A stretch of 64,000 bases of DNA from Deltaproteobacteria bacterium (GTDB lineage: Bacteria; Myxococcota_A; Polyangia; Haliangiales; Haliangiaceae), in NCBI GenBank assembly GCA_013812655.1, contig JACCTC010000317.1, positions 19,002 to 83,001 of the forward strand, given 5' to 3'. The notes under the pieces are model-generated. The model did not search any database, was not told where the DNA came from, and saw only the letters and a program-made list of their open reading frames with translations. Each line of letters opens with the position of its first letter. Within the stretch, counting starts at the first letter, position 1. Positions 55,548 to 64,000 of this stretch are shown here, one piece after another. The position numbers and the translations under genes were made by a program.

Positions 55548-56363
55548 TCAGTCGAGCTCGAACTCGGCGCGGACGATCGTGATGATGTCCTTCTCGAACG
55601 ACGAGCGGTCGTTGTTGCCCTCGTGCGAGGTCTCCGTCGAGTTCGCGGGGTTGATGTTGATGATTCCCATGTTGGCGTCGAGCAGCCGCTTGATGCCGGC
55701 GCCCCCCGTCGACTTGAGGATGTTGTCGGCACGGGCACGTGCGTCCTTGCCCGCCGCCGCGAGCATCTCGACCTTGAGCTCGCCGAGCCGGGTGTAGAAG
55801 TACGCCGGCGCCGACGACGTGATCGAGACGCCCTGCTCGAGCAGCGACGTGATCTCGCGCGACGCCTTCTCGACGCGCGGGACATCCGTCGAGCGCACGA
55901 TGATCGCCTGTCGGGTGACGTAGCCCTTCGAGATCCGCTTCTCGAGCCGCGTCGGCACCTTTGCGCCGGGCAGCAGCTTGTACTCCTCGAGGAGCTCGAA
56001 CTCCTCCTCGAAGGTCGCCGATTGCGGCTGGATCTCGGTGGTCTTGATGCCCTGGCTCTCGAGCATCGCGACTGCCTTGGCGCTGTGCTCGCGGAGCGTC
56101 TTGTACGCGCTCGTGCGGTCGGAGGCGCGAGCCTCGAGCGAGGCCTCCCACTCGATCAGATCGGACACGATCCGCTTCTTGGCGGAGCCGATGACCTTGA
56201 TCGTGCGCTTCTCGGGTTTGACCTTGATGCTGTGATAGGTCGTCGTCGTGATCTGCGTGCACAGCACGGCGGCGATCGCGCACGCGATCAACCCGAGCGG
56301 TCTCAGATCGAGCCATCGCGGCATGCTGTCGGCGAGCTTCGCCTTCTCGGACATCATCTCCAT
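55548..56363 (-). CDS. SIMPL-domain (DUF541) membrane-anchored protein
   Basis: N-terminal TM segment LGLIACAIAAVLCTQI. Then IKVIGSAKKRIVSDLIEWEASLEA...AMLESQGIKTTEIQ...ITIVRAEFEL, the typical SIMPL pattern. Confidence 0.65.
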   Translation of the reverse strand: MEMMSEKAKLADSMPRWLDLRPLGLIACAIAAVLCTQITTTTYHSIKVKPEKRTIKVIGSAKKRIVSDLIEWEASLEARASDRTSAYKTLREHSAKAVAMLESQGIKTTEIQPQSATFEEEFELLEEYKLLPGAKVPTRLEKRISKGYVTRQAIIVRSTDVPRVEKASREITSLLEQGVSITSSAPAYFYTRLGELKVEMLAAAGKDARARADNILKSTGGAGIKRLLDANMGIININPANSTETSHEGNNDRSSFEKDIITIVRAEFELD

Positions 56364-56411
56364 CGTCCCCTCCAGGTCTTGCTGACCGCGGGAACGCGCG
56401 AGCTCGGGCGG

Positions 56412-57686
56412 CTATTTCTCCAGCTGATATTTCTGCACGAGCCGGATCAGGTTGCGGCGCGAGACCTTGAGGTCGTCGGCGGCGCGGGTCTTGTTGCCGG
56501 CGTGTCGGCGCATCGCGGCGCCGATCATCTTGCGCTCGAGCGCCTCGACGGCGGCGGGCAGTGAGCCGGTGACCGGCTCGGGCTCGGCGTCCTCGCTCGG
56601 GGTCCAGTCACGGATCCGCGGCGACAGCAGGTCGATGCCGATCACCGGCGCCTCGCCCGAGAGCACGACGAGGCGCTCGACCTCGTTCTCGAGCTCGCGG
56701 ACGTTGCCCGGCCATGCATAACGCAGGAGCTGCACCGAGCACTCGGGCGACAGCCGCTTCGGCCGCAGCCGGCGGTGGCGCGCGAGGAAGTGCTCGATCA
56801 GCAGCGGGATGTCGTCGCGGCGCTCGCGCAGGTTCGGCAGCACGACGTGCAGGACATGAATCCGGTAGAACAGGTCCTCGCGGAACTGTCCGCCGGCGAC
56901 CATCGCGCGAAGATCGCGGTTCGTCGCCGCGATGATCCGGACATCGACCTTGCGGGTCTCGGTGTCACCGACGCGGTTGAACGTGCCCTCCTGCAGCACG
57001 CGCAGGACCTTGACTTGCAACGTCGGGGACATGTCGCCGATCTCGTCGAGGAAGAACGTCCCGGCGTCGGCGACCTCGAAGAGCCCCGGCTTGTCGGCGA
57101 CGGCGCCGGTGAACGCACCACGCTTGTGGCCGAACAGCTCGGAGTCGAGCAGGTTGTCGTTGAACGCCGAGCAGTTGGTGACCACGAACCTGCGATCGCG
57201 GCGCGGCGATGCCTGATGGATCGCGCGCGACACCAGCTCCTTGCCGGTTCCGTTCTCGCCCTGGATCAGCACGGTCGAGTCTGACGGTGCGACGCGCTCG
57301 AGCAGGTCGTACAGATCCTGCATCATCGGCGCGATCCCGAAGATCCCGTGGAACTGGGTGCGGCGGCCGCGAACCTCGGCGTGCTCCTCGCCATCGCGAT
57401 CGCGCAGCGCACCGGCGACATCGAGCGCAGCCTCGCCGAGCATGCTCTCGAGCAGCGCGAGCTCGGGTCCGGCCAGCCTCGGCGCGATGACGGCCAGTCC
57501 GGCACCATCCTCGTCATCGGGCACGATCGGCGCGAACGCCGCGGGCTCGGTCGGCTTGTGCTCGACCAGCGTCAGCTCGAGACCGCGGCGACGCAGCACG
57601 CCCCGTACGTGCCGCAACACGCGCAGATCGAGGCCGTCCCACCAAGGCGTCCGCACGGCAGCAGTGTGACAAGTGGTCACAGCCAA
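56412..57686 (-). CDS. Sigma54-dependent transcriptional activator with atypical (non-receiver) N-terminal region
   Basis: GENGTGKELVSRAIH, GAFTGA, ...RFVVTNC... and a C-terminal Fis-type HTH (GNKTRAADDLKVSRRNLIRLVQKY). The roughly 120-aa N-terminus lacks recognisable REC acidic-pocket motifs. Confidence 0.85.
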   Translation of the reverse strand: MAVTTCHTAAVRTPWWDGLDLRVLRHVRGVLRRRGLELTLVEHKPTEPAAFAPIVPDDEDGAGLAVIAPRLAGPELALLESMLGEAALDVAGALRDRDGEEHAEVRGRRTQFHGIFGIAPMMQDLYDLLERVAPSDSTVLIQGENGTGKELVSRAIHQASPRRDRRFVVTNCSAFNDNLLDSELFGHKRGAFTGAVADKPGLFEVADAGTFFLDEIGDMSPTLQVKVLRVLQEGTFNRVGDTETRKVDVRIIAATNRDLRAMVAGGQFREDLFYRIHVLHVVLPNLRERRDDIPLLIEHFLARHRRLRPKRLSPECSVQLLRYAWPGNVRELENEVERLVVLSGEAPVIGIDLLSPRIRDWTPSEDAEPEPVTGSLPAAVEALERKMIGAAMRRHAGNKTRAADDLKVSRRNLIRLVQKYQLEK

Positions 57687-57743
57687 GACAAGGCCGACAT
57701 CCCGTGGTCGTCGACTTTGACGTCGCTGTAGTCGACGACTTTC

Positions 57744-58412
57744 TCAGTCGCTCGGCAGATCGACGCACCACCGCAGCGCCGACCGGCAGTCGGTCCAGCC
57801 GCGCTCGTCGACGGTGAGGTACGGGACCTCGAGCGTGATCACCTCGAGCCGGCGCTCGACGCCATACTTCGCGCCGAACGAGCCCGGGGTCGGGTAGCCC
57901 ATGTCGTGCTCGACGGGATAGCCGCAGCGCTCGGCCATCTCCTGCGCCAGCGGCTCGCCGCAGCCGTCCCAGTTCACCATCCGGTAGGTCGCGTGGACCG
58001 CGATCAGCCGGTGCGCGCCGACCCGCTCGATCAGGCCGACGAGCGCCTGGGTCTCGGGTTGATCCTCGGCGGCGGTGCCGGGGTTGTAGCCGGGGCGCCG
58101 CGCGGTGCCCCAGTTCTGCGCGCCGAAGTTCCGGTTGAGGTCGACGTCGTTCGCGTTGTTGCGGGTCCCGGCGATCACGCCGTCGGGGTTCACGCAGGGC
58201 ACGATCCAGGTATCGCGCCCAGGCGGGCGCTCGACGAGCTCGTCGGCGAGCCGCTCGAGCATGAGCTGGGTCACGGCCTCGTCACCATGGATCGCGCCGA
58301 ACAGCAGCGCCGGTGGCTTGGGCGTCGCGTAGCTCGGCGGCGTGAAGTGGACGGCTTCGATCGGCCGCCCGAGGACGGTCTGACCGATCACGACCTCGCG
58401 ACGGTGCCCCAC
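57744..58412 (-). CDS. M14 zinc carboxypeptidase-like (MpaA / gamma-D-Glu-Dap amidase-like)
   Basis: GRPIEAVHF...LLFGAIHGDE (HxxE zinc motif)...VNPDG...NANDVDLNRNF...IAVH. Confidence 0.75.
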   Translation of the reverse strand: MGHRREVVIGQTVLGRPIEAVHFTPPSYATPKPPALLFGAIHGDEAVTQLMLERLADELVERPPGRDTWIVPCVNPDGVIAGTRNNANDVDLNRNFGAQNWGTARRPGYNPGTAAEDQPETQALVGLIERVGAHRLIAVHATYRMVNWDGCGEPLAQEMAERCGYPVEHDMGYPTPGSFGAKYGVERRLEVITLEVPYLTVDERGWTDCRSALRWCVDLPSD

Positions 58413-58414
58413 GG

Positions 58415-59866
58415 TTATTCGAGCTTCTTGGCGATCACGGTCGCGAGGCCGTACCCGACGAGGACGGCGTACGCGACGCCGATCCCGATACTCATCGAGA
58501 TGCCGCCATCACCCCCGGGCATGCCGCCTGCTCCCGCGACCCACGACATGCCGGCGGCGTACGGCGATGCCTTGAAGCCATCGACGAGGTTGCCGCTGAG
58601 CACGAGCACGACGACGTGCGTGATCACCGGCCACAGGATCAGGAGCCACGCGAAGACCTTCGCGCCGGCGCTCGACGGAGATGGCAGCCACGCGAGCAAC
58701 GACAGCACGAGCACCACGATCAGGGCGATCTGCAGCAGCACGATCACCTTGAACGCGCCTGGCGCCTCGATCGCGAGCTTGAACAACTCGACGAGCGGCA
58801 TCGATCCGCGCTGCGGGATCACGTAGGGCACGAGCGCGGCGATCACGCCGACCGTGATCAGGATCCGCGGCAACGCGGCATCGCGATACTCGTTGCGGAC
58901 GAGCAGGTTCGGGATGAGTACGATCATGCCGACCATCGGCACGAGGAGCTGCCACGGTGGCACGCCACCGAGCAGGACGGGCACGAGGATCCCGGCGAGC
59001 CCGAGGAGCGCCGCCATGATCCCGCGGGGGACCGGCGACATCGGGATGCCGGCGATCACGAGGGCGAGCAGGCCGACGGCGGCCATGATCAGGGGTGGCA
59101 GCTTCGCGGTGCCTTCGGCGTCCGCGATGATGTTCCAGTTGAAGATCAGCGGATCGATCGAGAGCGGCGTCGCGAAGGCGGCGAGCAGCAAGCCACCCCA
59201 GACAAACATCAGGACGCGTAGCGCATCCTTCCATGGCTCGAGCGGACGTCCAGCGCGCGCCGCGGTCTGCGATGCGAGGTACGGCGGCGATGCCGACGGG
59301 ATCGCCGAGACCGGCATGATCGGCGCAGGCTGTGGCATCGGCGCGCTCAGCGGCACGCTCGACGCGTGGCCCGGACTGTTGCCCACCGGATGCGCCTGCT
59401 GCGGGCCGCCACGGAACGCGCCTTGCGGCGCAGGGCCCGGACCACTCCCAGGCCCGCTACCAGGGACAAACATCGTCTTGGCGTTGGCCGCGCTTGCAGC
59501 GCCGGGTGGGTACGGCTGTGGCTGGTGCTGCGCCGACGGCGAGTGCGCCCGTGGCGGCTCGTAGGGCGGCTGGTGTTGCGCTGACGGTGAGTGTGAACGC
59601 TGCTGCGGCGGTTGATACGCCGGTGTCTGCTGCTGCGGCGGTTGATACGCCGGTGCCTGCTGCTGCGGGCGATACGGAGCGGCGGCCGGTGGCTGCGCAC
59701 CCTGTTGCTTCAGGTGCTCCATCATGTCGCTCGCCGAGTACGCTCCCATCACCGTCTTCGCCATCCCGCCCGCCGTTGCAGGCGCGGGTGCCTGCTTGGC
59801 GCCGCAGAACACGCAGTGCAGCGCGGCGTCGGGCAGATCCTTCGTACAGCTAGCGCATTTCTTCAC
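58415..59866 (-). CDS. Zinc-ribbon, Pro/Gln-repeat, polytopic membrane protein
   Basis: MKKCASCTKDLPDAALHCVFCGAK, then repeats (PAYQPPQQQ x2, HSPSAQHQP x2), then about 8 predicted TM helices. Confidence 0.75.
   Translation of the reverse strand: MKKCASCTKDLPDAALHCVFCGAKQAPAPATAGGMAKTVMGAYSASDMMEHLKQQGAQPPAAAPYRPQQQAPAYQPPQQQTPAYQPPQQRSHSPSAQHQPPYEPPRAHSPSAQHQPQPYPPGAASAANAKTMFVPGSGPGSGPGPAPQGAFRGGPQQAHPVGNSPGHASSVPLSAPMPQPAPIMPVSAIPSASPPYLASQTAARAGRPLEPWKDALRVLMFVWGGLLLAAFATPLSIDPLIFNWNIIADAEGTAKLPPLIMAAVGLLALVIAGIPMSPVPRGIMAALLGLAGILVPVLLGGVPPWQLLVPMVGMIVLIPNLLVRNEYRDAALPRILITVGVIAALVPYVIPQRGSMPLVELFKLAIEAPGAFKVIVLLQIALIVVLVLSLLAWLPSPSSAGAKVFAWLLILWPVITHVVVLVLSGNLVDGFKASPYAAGMSWVAGAGGMPGGDGGISMSIGIGVAYAVLVGYGLATVIAKKLE
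59521..59660. repeat. In-frame tandem repeats (48-bp x2 and 30-bp x2) encoding the PQ-rich region
   Basis: 59601-59630 and 59631-59660 are 29/30 identical. gctggtg(c/t)tgcgc(c/t)gacgg(c/t)gagtg occurs at 59521 and 59569. Confidence 0.8.
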
Positions 59867-59950
59867 GGGATCCTCGATGTCGCGTCCGCGACTGAGAAGC
59901 CAGGAATATAGGGCCGCAGGTGCACGCGCTGCAAACCGGCACTCCCCTCA

Positions 59951-61279
59951 TTGCGGTACCGTAGCTCCATGGTCTCGCTCGGGGATGTCAAGCGCAGCGC
60001 AGCGACGTTGTTCTCGCAGGGCCAGCACCTGGCCGCTCTCCGACTCTATGACGCGATCGTGGCCGCCGCGCCGCTCGATTACGACGCGCGCCTCAAGGTC
60101 GCGGACTGTGCGCTCGCGATGGGTGACGCGACCGCGGCGAAGGTCTATCGCGCGGTTGCCTGGTACTGCATGAAGTCGGGGCATCCGCTCCCCGCGCTGG
60201 TCTGCGCGCGCGTCCTCGAGGCGCACGGCGCGGATTCGAGCGACATCACGGCGACGCTCGTCGTCAGCTACGGGAGCGAGTCCGAGCTTCTCGGCAAGGT
60301 CACGTCGCGCGTCGCGCGGCCCGCGGACGGGCTGCCGGTCACGGTGCCCGACGTGCGTCAGCCCGCACCACCGGACGCGGTCGCGACCGCACTGCAGCGC
60401 GCCGAGCACGCGACCGACAGCTTCAAGGATTTCCCCGACGCCGTTCACCCGATCCCGCTCCTGTCGACGATGTCCGAGGCAGCGTTTCGGCGCGTGCTCG
60501 GCACGCTCGTGCTGCGGCGGTTGCCCGCGGGAGCGCTCGTGATCCGCGAGGGCGAGCCGGGTCACTCGTTCTTCTTCGTCGCCGGCGGCGACCTCCGCGT
60601 GTTCGCGACCGACGGCCTCGGCCGCCAGACCGATCTCGCGCGGCTCGGCGAGGGCGCGGTGTTCGGCGAGATGGCGCTGCTCTCGGCGCAGCCGCGATCG
60701 GCGAGCGTCGGCTGTCTGTCCGATGTCGACGTGCTCGAGGTCGGCCGGCAATCGCTCGCGTCGCTCGCCGACGAGCTCGGCGCGGTCGCGGAGGCGCTGC
60801 ACGGGTTCACGCGCGAGCGGCTGCTCGGAAACTTGATGGCGACGAGCCCGCTGTTCCGGCCGTTCAACCGCATGCAGCAGCGCGATCTGCTGCGCCGGTT
60901 CACGAGCCACGACGTCGCGCCGGGCACCGTGGTCATCAACGAGGGCGAGGAAGGTCGCGGCCTGTTCGTCGTGCTCTCGGGCGACCTCGAGGTGTCACGG
61001 CGCTCGTCGGATGGGTCGACCGTGCCACTGGGCGCACTCAAGACCGGTGACGTGTTCGGGGAGATGGCGCTGCTCAGAAATGCCAGGACCACGGCGACCG
61101 TCGTCGCGCAGCGCCCCGCGACCGTGCTGTTCCTCGCGCGCGAGTACGTCGCGCGAATGGTCGCGGGGGTTCCCGAAATCAAGAACTATCTCGAAGCATT
61201 GGCCGAGGATCGCGAGATCGACAACCAGCTCGTGATGGGCGAGGACGACACGCCGGCCGACGAGCGCGTGCTGATCTGA
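59951..61279 (+). CDS. TPR plus tandem cyclic-nucleotide-binding domain protein
   Basis: Two cNMP-binding cores (GAVFGEMALLSAQPRSASV and GDVFGEMALLRNARTTATV) follow an N-terminal TPR-like region. The start may be ATG 59966 (the second in-frame Met, giving MVSLGDV). Confidence 0.8.
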   Translation: MRYRSSMVSLGDVKRSAATLFSQGQHLAALRLYDAIVAAAPLDYDARLKVADCALAMGDATAAKVYRAVAWYCMKSGHPLPALVCARVLEAHGADSSDITATLVVSYGSESELLGKVTSRVARPADGLPVTVPDVRQPAPPDAVATALQRAEHATDSFKDFPDAVHPIPLLSTMSEAAFRRVLGTLVLRRLPAGALVIREGEPGHSFFFVAGGDLRVFATDGLGRQTDLARLGEGAVFGEMALLSAQPRSASVGCLSDVDVLEVGRQSLASLADELGAVAEALHGFTRERLLGNLMATSPLFRPFNRMQQRDLLRRFTSHDVAPGTVVINEGEEGRGLFVVLSGDLEVSRRSSDGSTVPLGALKTGDVFGEMALLRNARTTATVVAQRPATVLFLAREYVARMVAGVPEIKNYLEALAEDREIDNQLVMGEDDTPADERVLI

Positions 61280-61343
61280 CGGTTCCCTAACCGATCAGTG
61301 TTCGGACGAGCCCGGGCTGGGGTGAGGACCTATACTGGGTCTC

Positions 61344-63197
61344 ATGGACGAGCAACAGACCATGCAGCGCAGCGGGCCCGGACGCCTGCTGTGGCTGTTC
61401 GTGATCCTCGCGATCGTGGCGCTGTGGTGGAACTTCCGCCCCGACCCGGAGCAGCAAGTCTCGCGGGCGCAGCTCGCGGCAGACGCTGCCTTGGCAGAGA
61501 CTGACCCCGACGACATCCTCGTCGACCTCAAGGACGACGCGACCCCCGACGCGATCGAGCGGGCCTTCGGCATCGACCTCGTGCTCGTCGACGATAGTGG
61601 TGTCGCGCAGGCGACCCGGCTCTATCGCGCGCGCGTCGACCCGGCGCAGCGTGACAGCTTGCTCGCGCAGCTCGCGAAGCGCAGCGACGTCGAGATCGCC
61701 GAGCCCGACGCGATGATGCAGCTGTCGCCGACCGACATGCTGGTTCGCGCGCCGGCCGTCGAGCCGACGCACGAGGGCTACCCGAACGATCCCAAGTACA
61801 AGTACCAGTGGCACCTCCGCCAGATCGGCATGCCCGAGGCGTGGAAGCTGACCGACGGTAACGGCGTGATCGTCGCGGTGCTCGACACCGGCGTCGGCTA
61901 CGAGACCTACAACAAGTTCAACGAGCTCGAGGACCTCAAGGGGATCGAGTTCGTGAAGCCGTACGACTTCGTCGGCAACAACAAGCACGCGAACGACGAC
62001 CACGGCCACGGCTCGCACGTGACCGGCACGATCGCGCAGGTCACGAACAACGGCATCGGCGTCGCCGGCGTCGGACGCAACCTCAAGATCATGCCGCTCA
62101 AGGTGCTGTCCGCGAGTGGCTCGGGTTCGGTCGGTGGCATCGCCGACGCGATCCGCTACGCGGCCGACAACGGCGCGAAGGTCATCAACATGAGCCTCGG
62201 CGGCGCGTTCCCGTCGAAAGTGCTCGAGAAGGCCGTCGCGTACGCCCACAAGAAGGGCGTCACCGTGATCTGCGCCGCCGGCAACGAGAGCCGCAGCAAG
62301 GTCGGTTATCCGGCCGCGTATCCCGGTGCGGTCGCCGTCAGCGCGACGCAGTTCGACGAGAGCATCACGTTCTACTCGAACTACGGCAAGGACATCGACA
62401 TCGCGGCGCCGGGCGGCAACACCCGCGTCGACCAGAACGGCGACGGCATGCCGGACGGTGTCCTCCAGAACACGATCGTCCCCGGTGACCCGTCGAAGGG
62501 CGACTACTACGGCTACATGGGCACGTCGATGGCGTCGCCCCACGCGGCCGGCGTCGCCGCGCTCGTCGTCGGCGAAGGCGTGACCGATCCCACGATGGTC
62601 GAGAAGATCCTCAAGGACACCGCGCGCAAGCCGGCGAACCAGAAGTACACGAGCGAGAAGTACGGCGCGGGCATCATCGATGCGCCGGCAGCCGTGAAGC
62701 AGGCGCGCTCGCAGGGCGGCGGTCTCAAGCTCGGCCTCGGCCTGCTGATGGCCGGCGCGATCGCGGCTTCGGCGCGACGCCGCGGCCTCGGCGTCAAGCT
62801 CGGCTGGACCTACCTCGCGGGCGTCGTCGTCGGCGCCTCGGGTCTGTTCTTCCTGCCGTACATCGCGCCCGAGCTGTCGTCGGCGCCGGTCGTCTACGCG
62901 CTGACCCACGGCCTGCCATCGTGGGATCTCTCGGTGCTCGGACCGATGGGCCACGGCAACGCGGTGTTCTTCAGCGCGCTCCTGCCACTCGGCTTGCTCG
63001 CCGTCGGCTACGGCTTCGCGAAGGCGCGCGCGCCGCTCGCGGGCCTCGCGATCGGTGTCGCGGCGCACCTCGCGTTCTTCGCGGTGGTGCCGCTGGTCGA
63101 GGTCCAGGTGCCGTCGGTCTTCGGCATCGGCACGCTGTGGCTCGCGGTCAACGCGCTCGTCTGCCTCGGCCTCGCGCGACTCGCGCTGCGCCGCTGA
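61344..63197 (+). CDS. S8 subtilisin-family serine protease with N-terminal anchor and C-terminal polytopic membrane domain
   Basis: Catalytic triad contexts AVLDTGV, HGSHVTGT and GTSMASPH. N-terminal TM segment LLWLFVILAIVALWW. The last 170 aa or so are strongly hydrophobic (4-5 helices). Confidence 0.85.
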   Translation: MDEQQTMQRSGPGRLLWLFVILAIVALWWNFRPDPEQQVSRAQLAADAALAETDPDDILVDLKDDATPDAIERAFGIDLVLVDDSGVAQATRLYRARVDPAQRDSLLAQLAKRSDVEIAEPDAMMQLSPTDMLVRAPAVEPTHEGYPNDPKYKYQWHLRQIGMPEAWKLTDGNGVIVAVLDTGVGYETYNKFNELEDLKGIEFVKPYDFVGNNKHANDDHGHGSHVTGTIAQVTNNGIGVAGVGRNLKIMPLKVLSASGSGSVGGIADAIRYAADNGAKVINMSLGGAFPSKVLEKAVAYAHKKGVTVICAAGNESRSKVGYPAAYPGAVAVSATQFDESITFYSNYGKDIDIAAPGGNTRVDQNGDGMPDGVLQNTIVPGDPSKGDYYGYMGTSMASPHAAGVAALVVGEGVTDPTMVEKILKDTARKPANQKYTSEKYGAGIIDAPAAVKQARSQGGGLKLGLGLLMAGAIAASARRRGLGVKLGWTYLAGVVVGASGLFFLPYIAPELSSAPVVYALTHGLPSWDLSVLGPMGHGNAVFFSALLPLGLLAVGYGFAKARAPLAGLAIGVAAHLAFFAVVPLVEVQVPSVFGIGTLWLAVNALVCLGLARLALRR

Positions 63198-63219
63198 CCT
63201 GAGAAGCGCTGGATCTCGA

Positions 63220-63250
63220 GGGCGAGCCAGAAACGGCTCGCCCCTATTTG
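63220..63250 (+). terminator. Rho-independent terminator candidate between convergent genes
   Basis: Stem GGGCGAGCC, loop AGAAAC, stem GGCTCGCCC (9-bp perfect stem), followed by CTATTTG. Confidence 0.55.
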
Positions 63251-63266
63251 TCCGGATCCTGGAATC

Positions 63267-63758
63267 TCAGTCGAGGTCGATCATGCAGGAGGCGCCCTGG
63301 CCGGGGTACTCCTCGATCGTGATCTCGAGTGACTTGACGTGGGGCGCGTCGAGGACCTTGATGCGCTCGAGCAGGATGGTCGCGACGTGGGAGGCAAGGG
63401 CCTCGACGGAGATGTTGTCGATCGGGAGCAGCAGCACATCCTGGCGCGGCAGCACGTAGCGCTCGTCGCACAGCGTGAATTCGAGCTCGCGGGCGTCGTC
63501 GCGGACGAGCACGAAGAACGGGTTCTTCGTCGCGACCAGCACGCGTTCCTTCCATTCAACGCAGAGGACGCCGATCGCGTCCTTGATCGCCGCGAACGGG
63601 ATCATCGACGCCAGCTCGATCTGCGAGACCTCGATCGCGAGCGCGACCGTGTAGTTGTGGCCGTGCAGACGTTCCTTCGTGCCGTCCGGGAACACCGTCA
63701 TGTGCGCGACCGAGAACTTGTACTGGTCGCGCGCGATCGAGATGCGGTGCCGGCTCAC
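63267..63758 (-). CDS. 6-pyruvoyl-tetrahydropterin synthase / 6-carboxytetrahydropterin synthase (QueD) family protein
   Basis: 163 aa. FSVAHMTVFPDGTKERLHGHNYTVALAIEV contains the HGH zinc motif of the PTPS fold. Confidence 0.65.
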   Translation of the reverse strand: MSRHRISIARDQYKFSVAHMTVFPDGTKERLHGHNYTVALAIEVSQIELASMIPFAAIKDAIGVLCVEWKERVLVATKNPFFVLVRDDARELEFTLCDERYVLPRQDVLLLPIDNISVEALASHVATILLERIKVLDAPHVKSLEITIEEYPGQGASCMIDLD

Positions 63759-63802
63759 CGGCGCAGCATACGCCGACTACCCGGCCCGGCGGTCTGGTCT
63801 GG

Positions 63803-64000
63803 CTACTTGAGCGCGCCAACCCACGCAGCAAGATCGTCGACGAGTCGTTGGTCGACGGCTACTCGCTGCTGGTACTCCGCGGGTGAGCTCTTGCCGATGC
63901 CGGCGCCGAAGAGGTGGTTGAGCTCGGCGTAGAGCTTGAACGTGACGTTCTTGCGCTTGGCGAGCGCTTTCTTGAACGCCTCGAAGTCGACGAGCGTCAC
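63803..64000 (-). CDS. Alpha/beta-hydrolase-like protein, C-terminal fragment (5' part outside window)
   Basis: The ORF is open to the window edge. ...KLYAELNHLFGAGIGKSSPAEY... resembles a hydrolase C-terminus with the catalytic His region. Weak call. Confidence 0.35.
   Translation of the reverse strand: MTLVDFEAFKKALAKRKNVTFKLYAELNHLFGAGIGKSSPAEYQQRVAVDQRLVDDLAAWVGALK

Noticed and set aside
61287-63068. 593-aa minus-strand ORF opposite the S8 protease
   Set aside because: It is antisense to a gene with an intact subtilisin catalytic triad and has no motifs of its own.

Overview
High-GC (about 70%) chromosomal segment that starts at a replication origin. The order is dnaA 3' end, a DnaA-box/AT-rich spacer (candidate oriC), then dnaN, recF and gyrB, followed by tightly packed, often start/stop-overlapping housekeeping genes. 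Gene content points to Myxococcota: mglB-mglA, a CarD/CdnL regulator, Cys-rich-repeat lipoproteins, a PEGA-tailed Ser/Thr kinase, two sigma54 enhancer-binding proteins and zinc-ribbon/TPR giant proteins. This taxon call is recall-based, not searched. I found no rRNA, CRISPR array, transposase, integrase or prophage. The most unusual part is a translation-RNA island at 39.4-42.4 kb. There serS is followed by all four tRNA-Ser isoacceptor types (UGA, GCU, CGA, GGA). A tRNA-Arg(ACG) ends 4 nt before the ATG of tadA, the enzyme that edits that tRNA, and an SRP (4.5S) RNA and dnaX-ybaB-recR follow. tRNA-Ser D-arm-like sequence fragments lie in the serS 3' region and in the hairpin after tadA. Other candidates for a second look:
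- A bitopic membrane-fusion-like gene is translationally coupled (ATGA) to mglA.
- Two tandem paralogous small single-pass membrane ORFs are absent from, or marginal in, the ORF track.
- A metzincin-like lipoprotein carries HEIGR instead of HExxH, in a cluster with a secreted HEAT protein, a kinase, a TPR protein and a repeat lipoprotein.
- An Imm21-like orphan gene is coupled to fabH.
- An ECF sigma/anti-sigma/Spy-like module sits upstream of a 1515-aa zinc-ribbon/repeat/TPR protein.
- recF needs a non-canonical (CTG) start.
All functional calls rest on motifs read from the translations and on remembered family signatures; no database search was run. Many long ORFs in the track are antisense artefacts of the high GC content.
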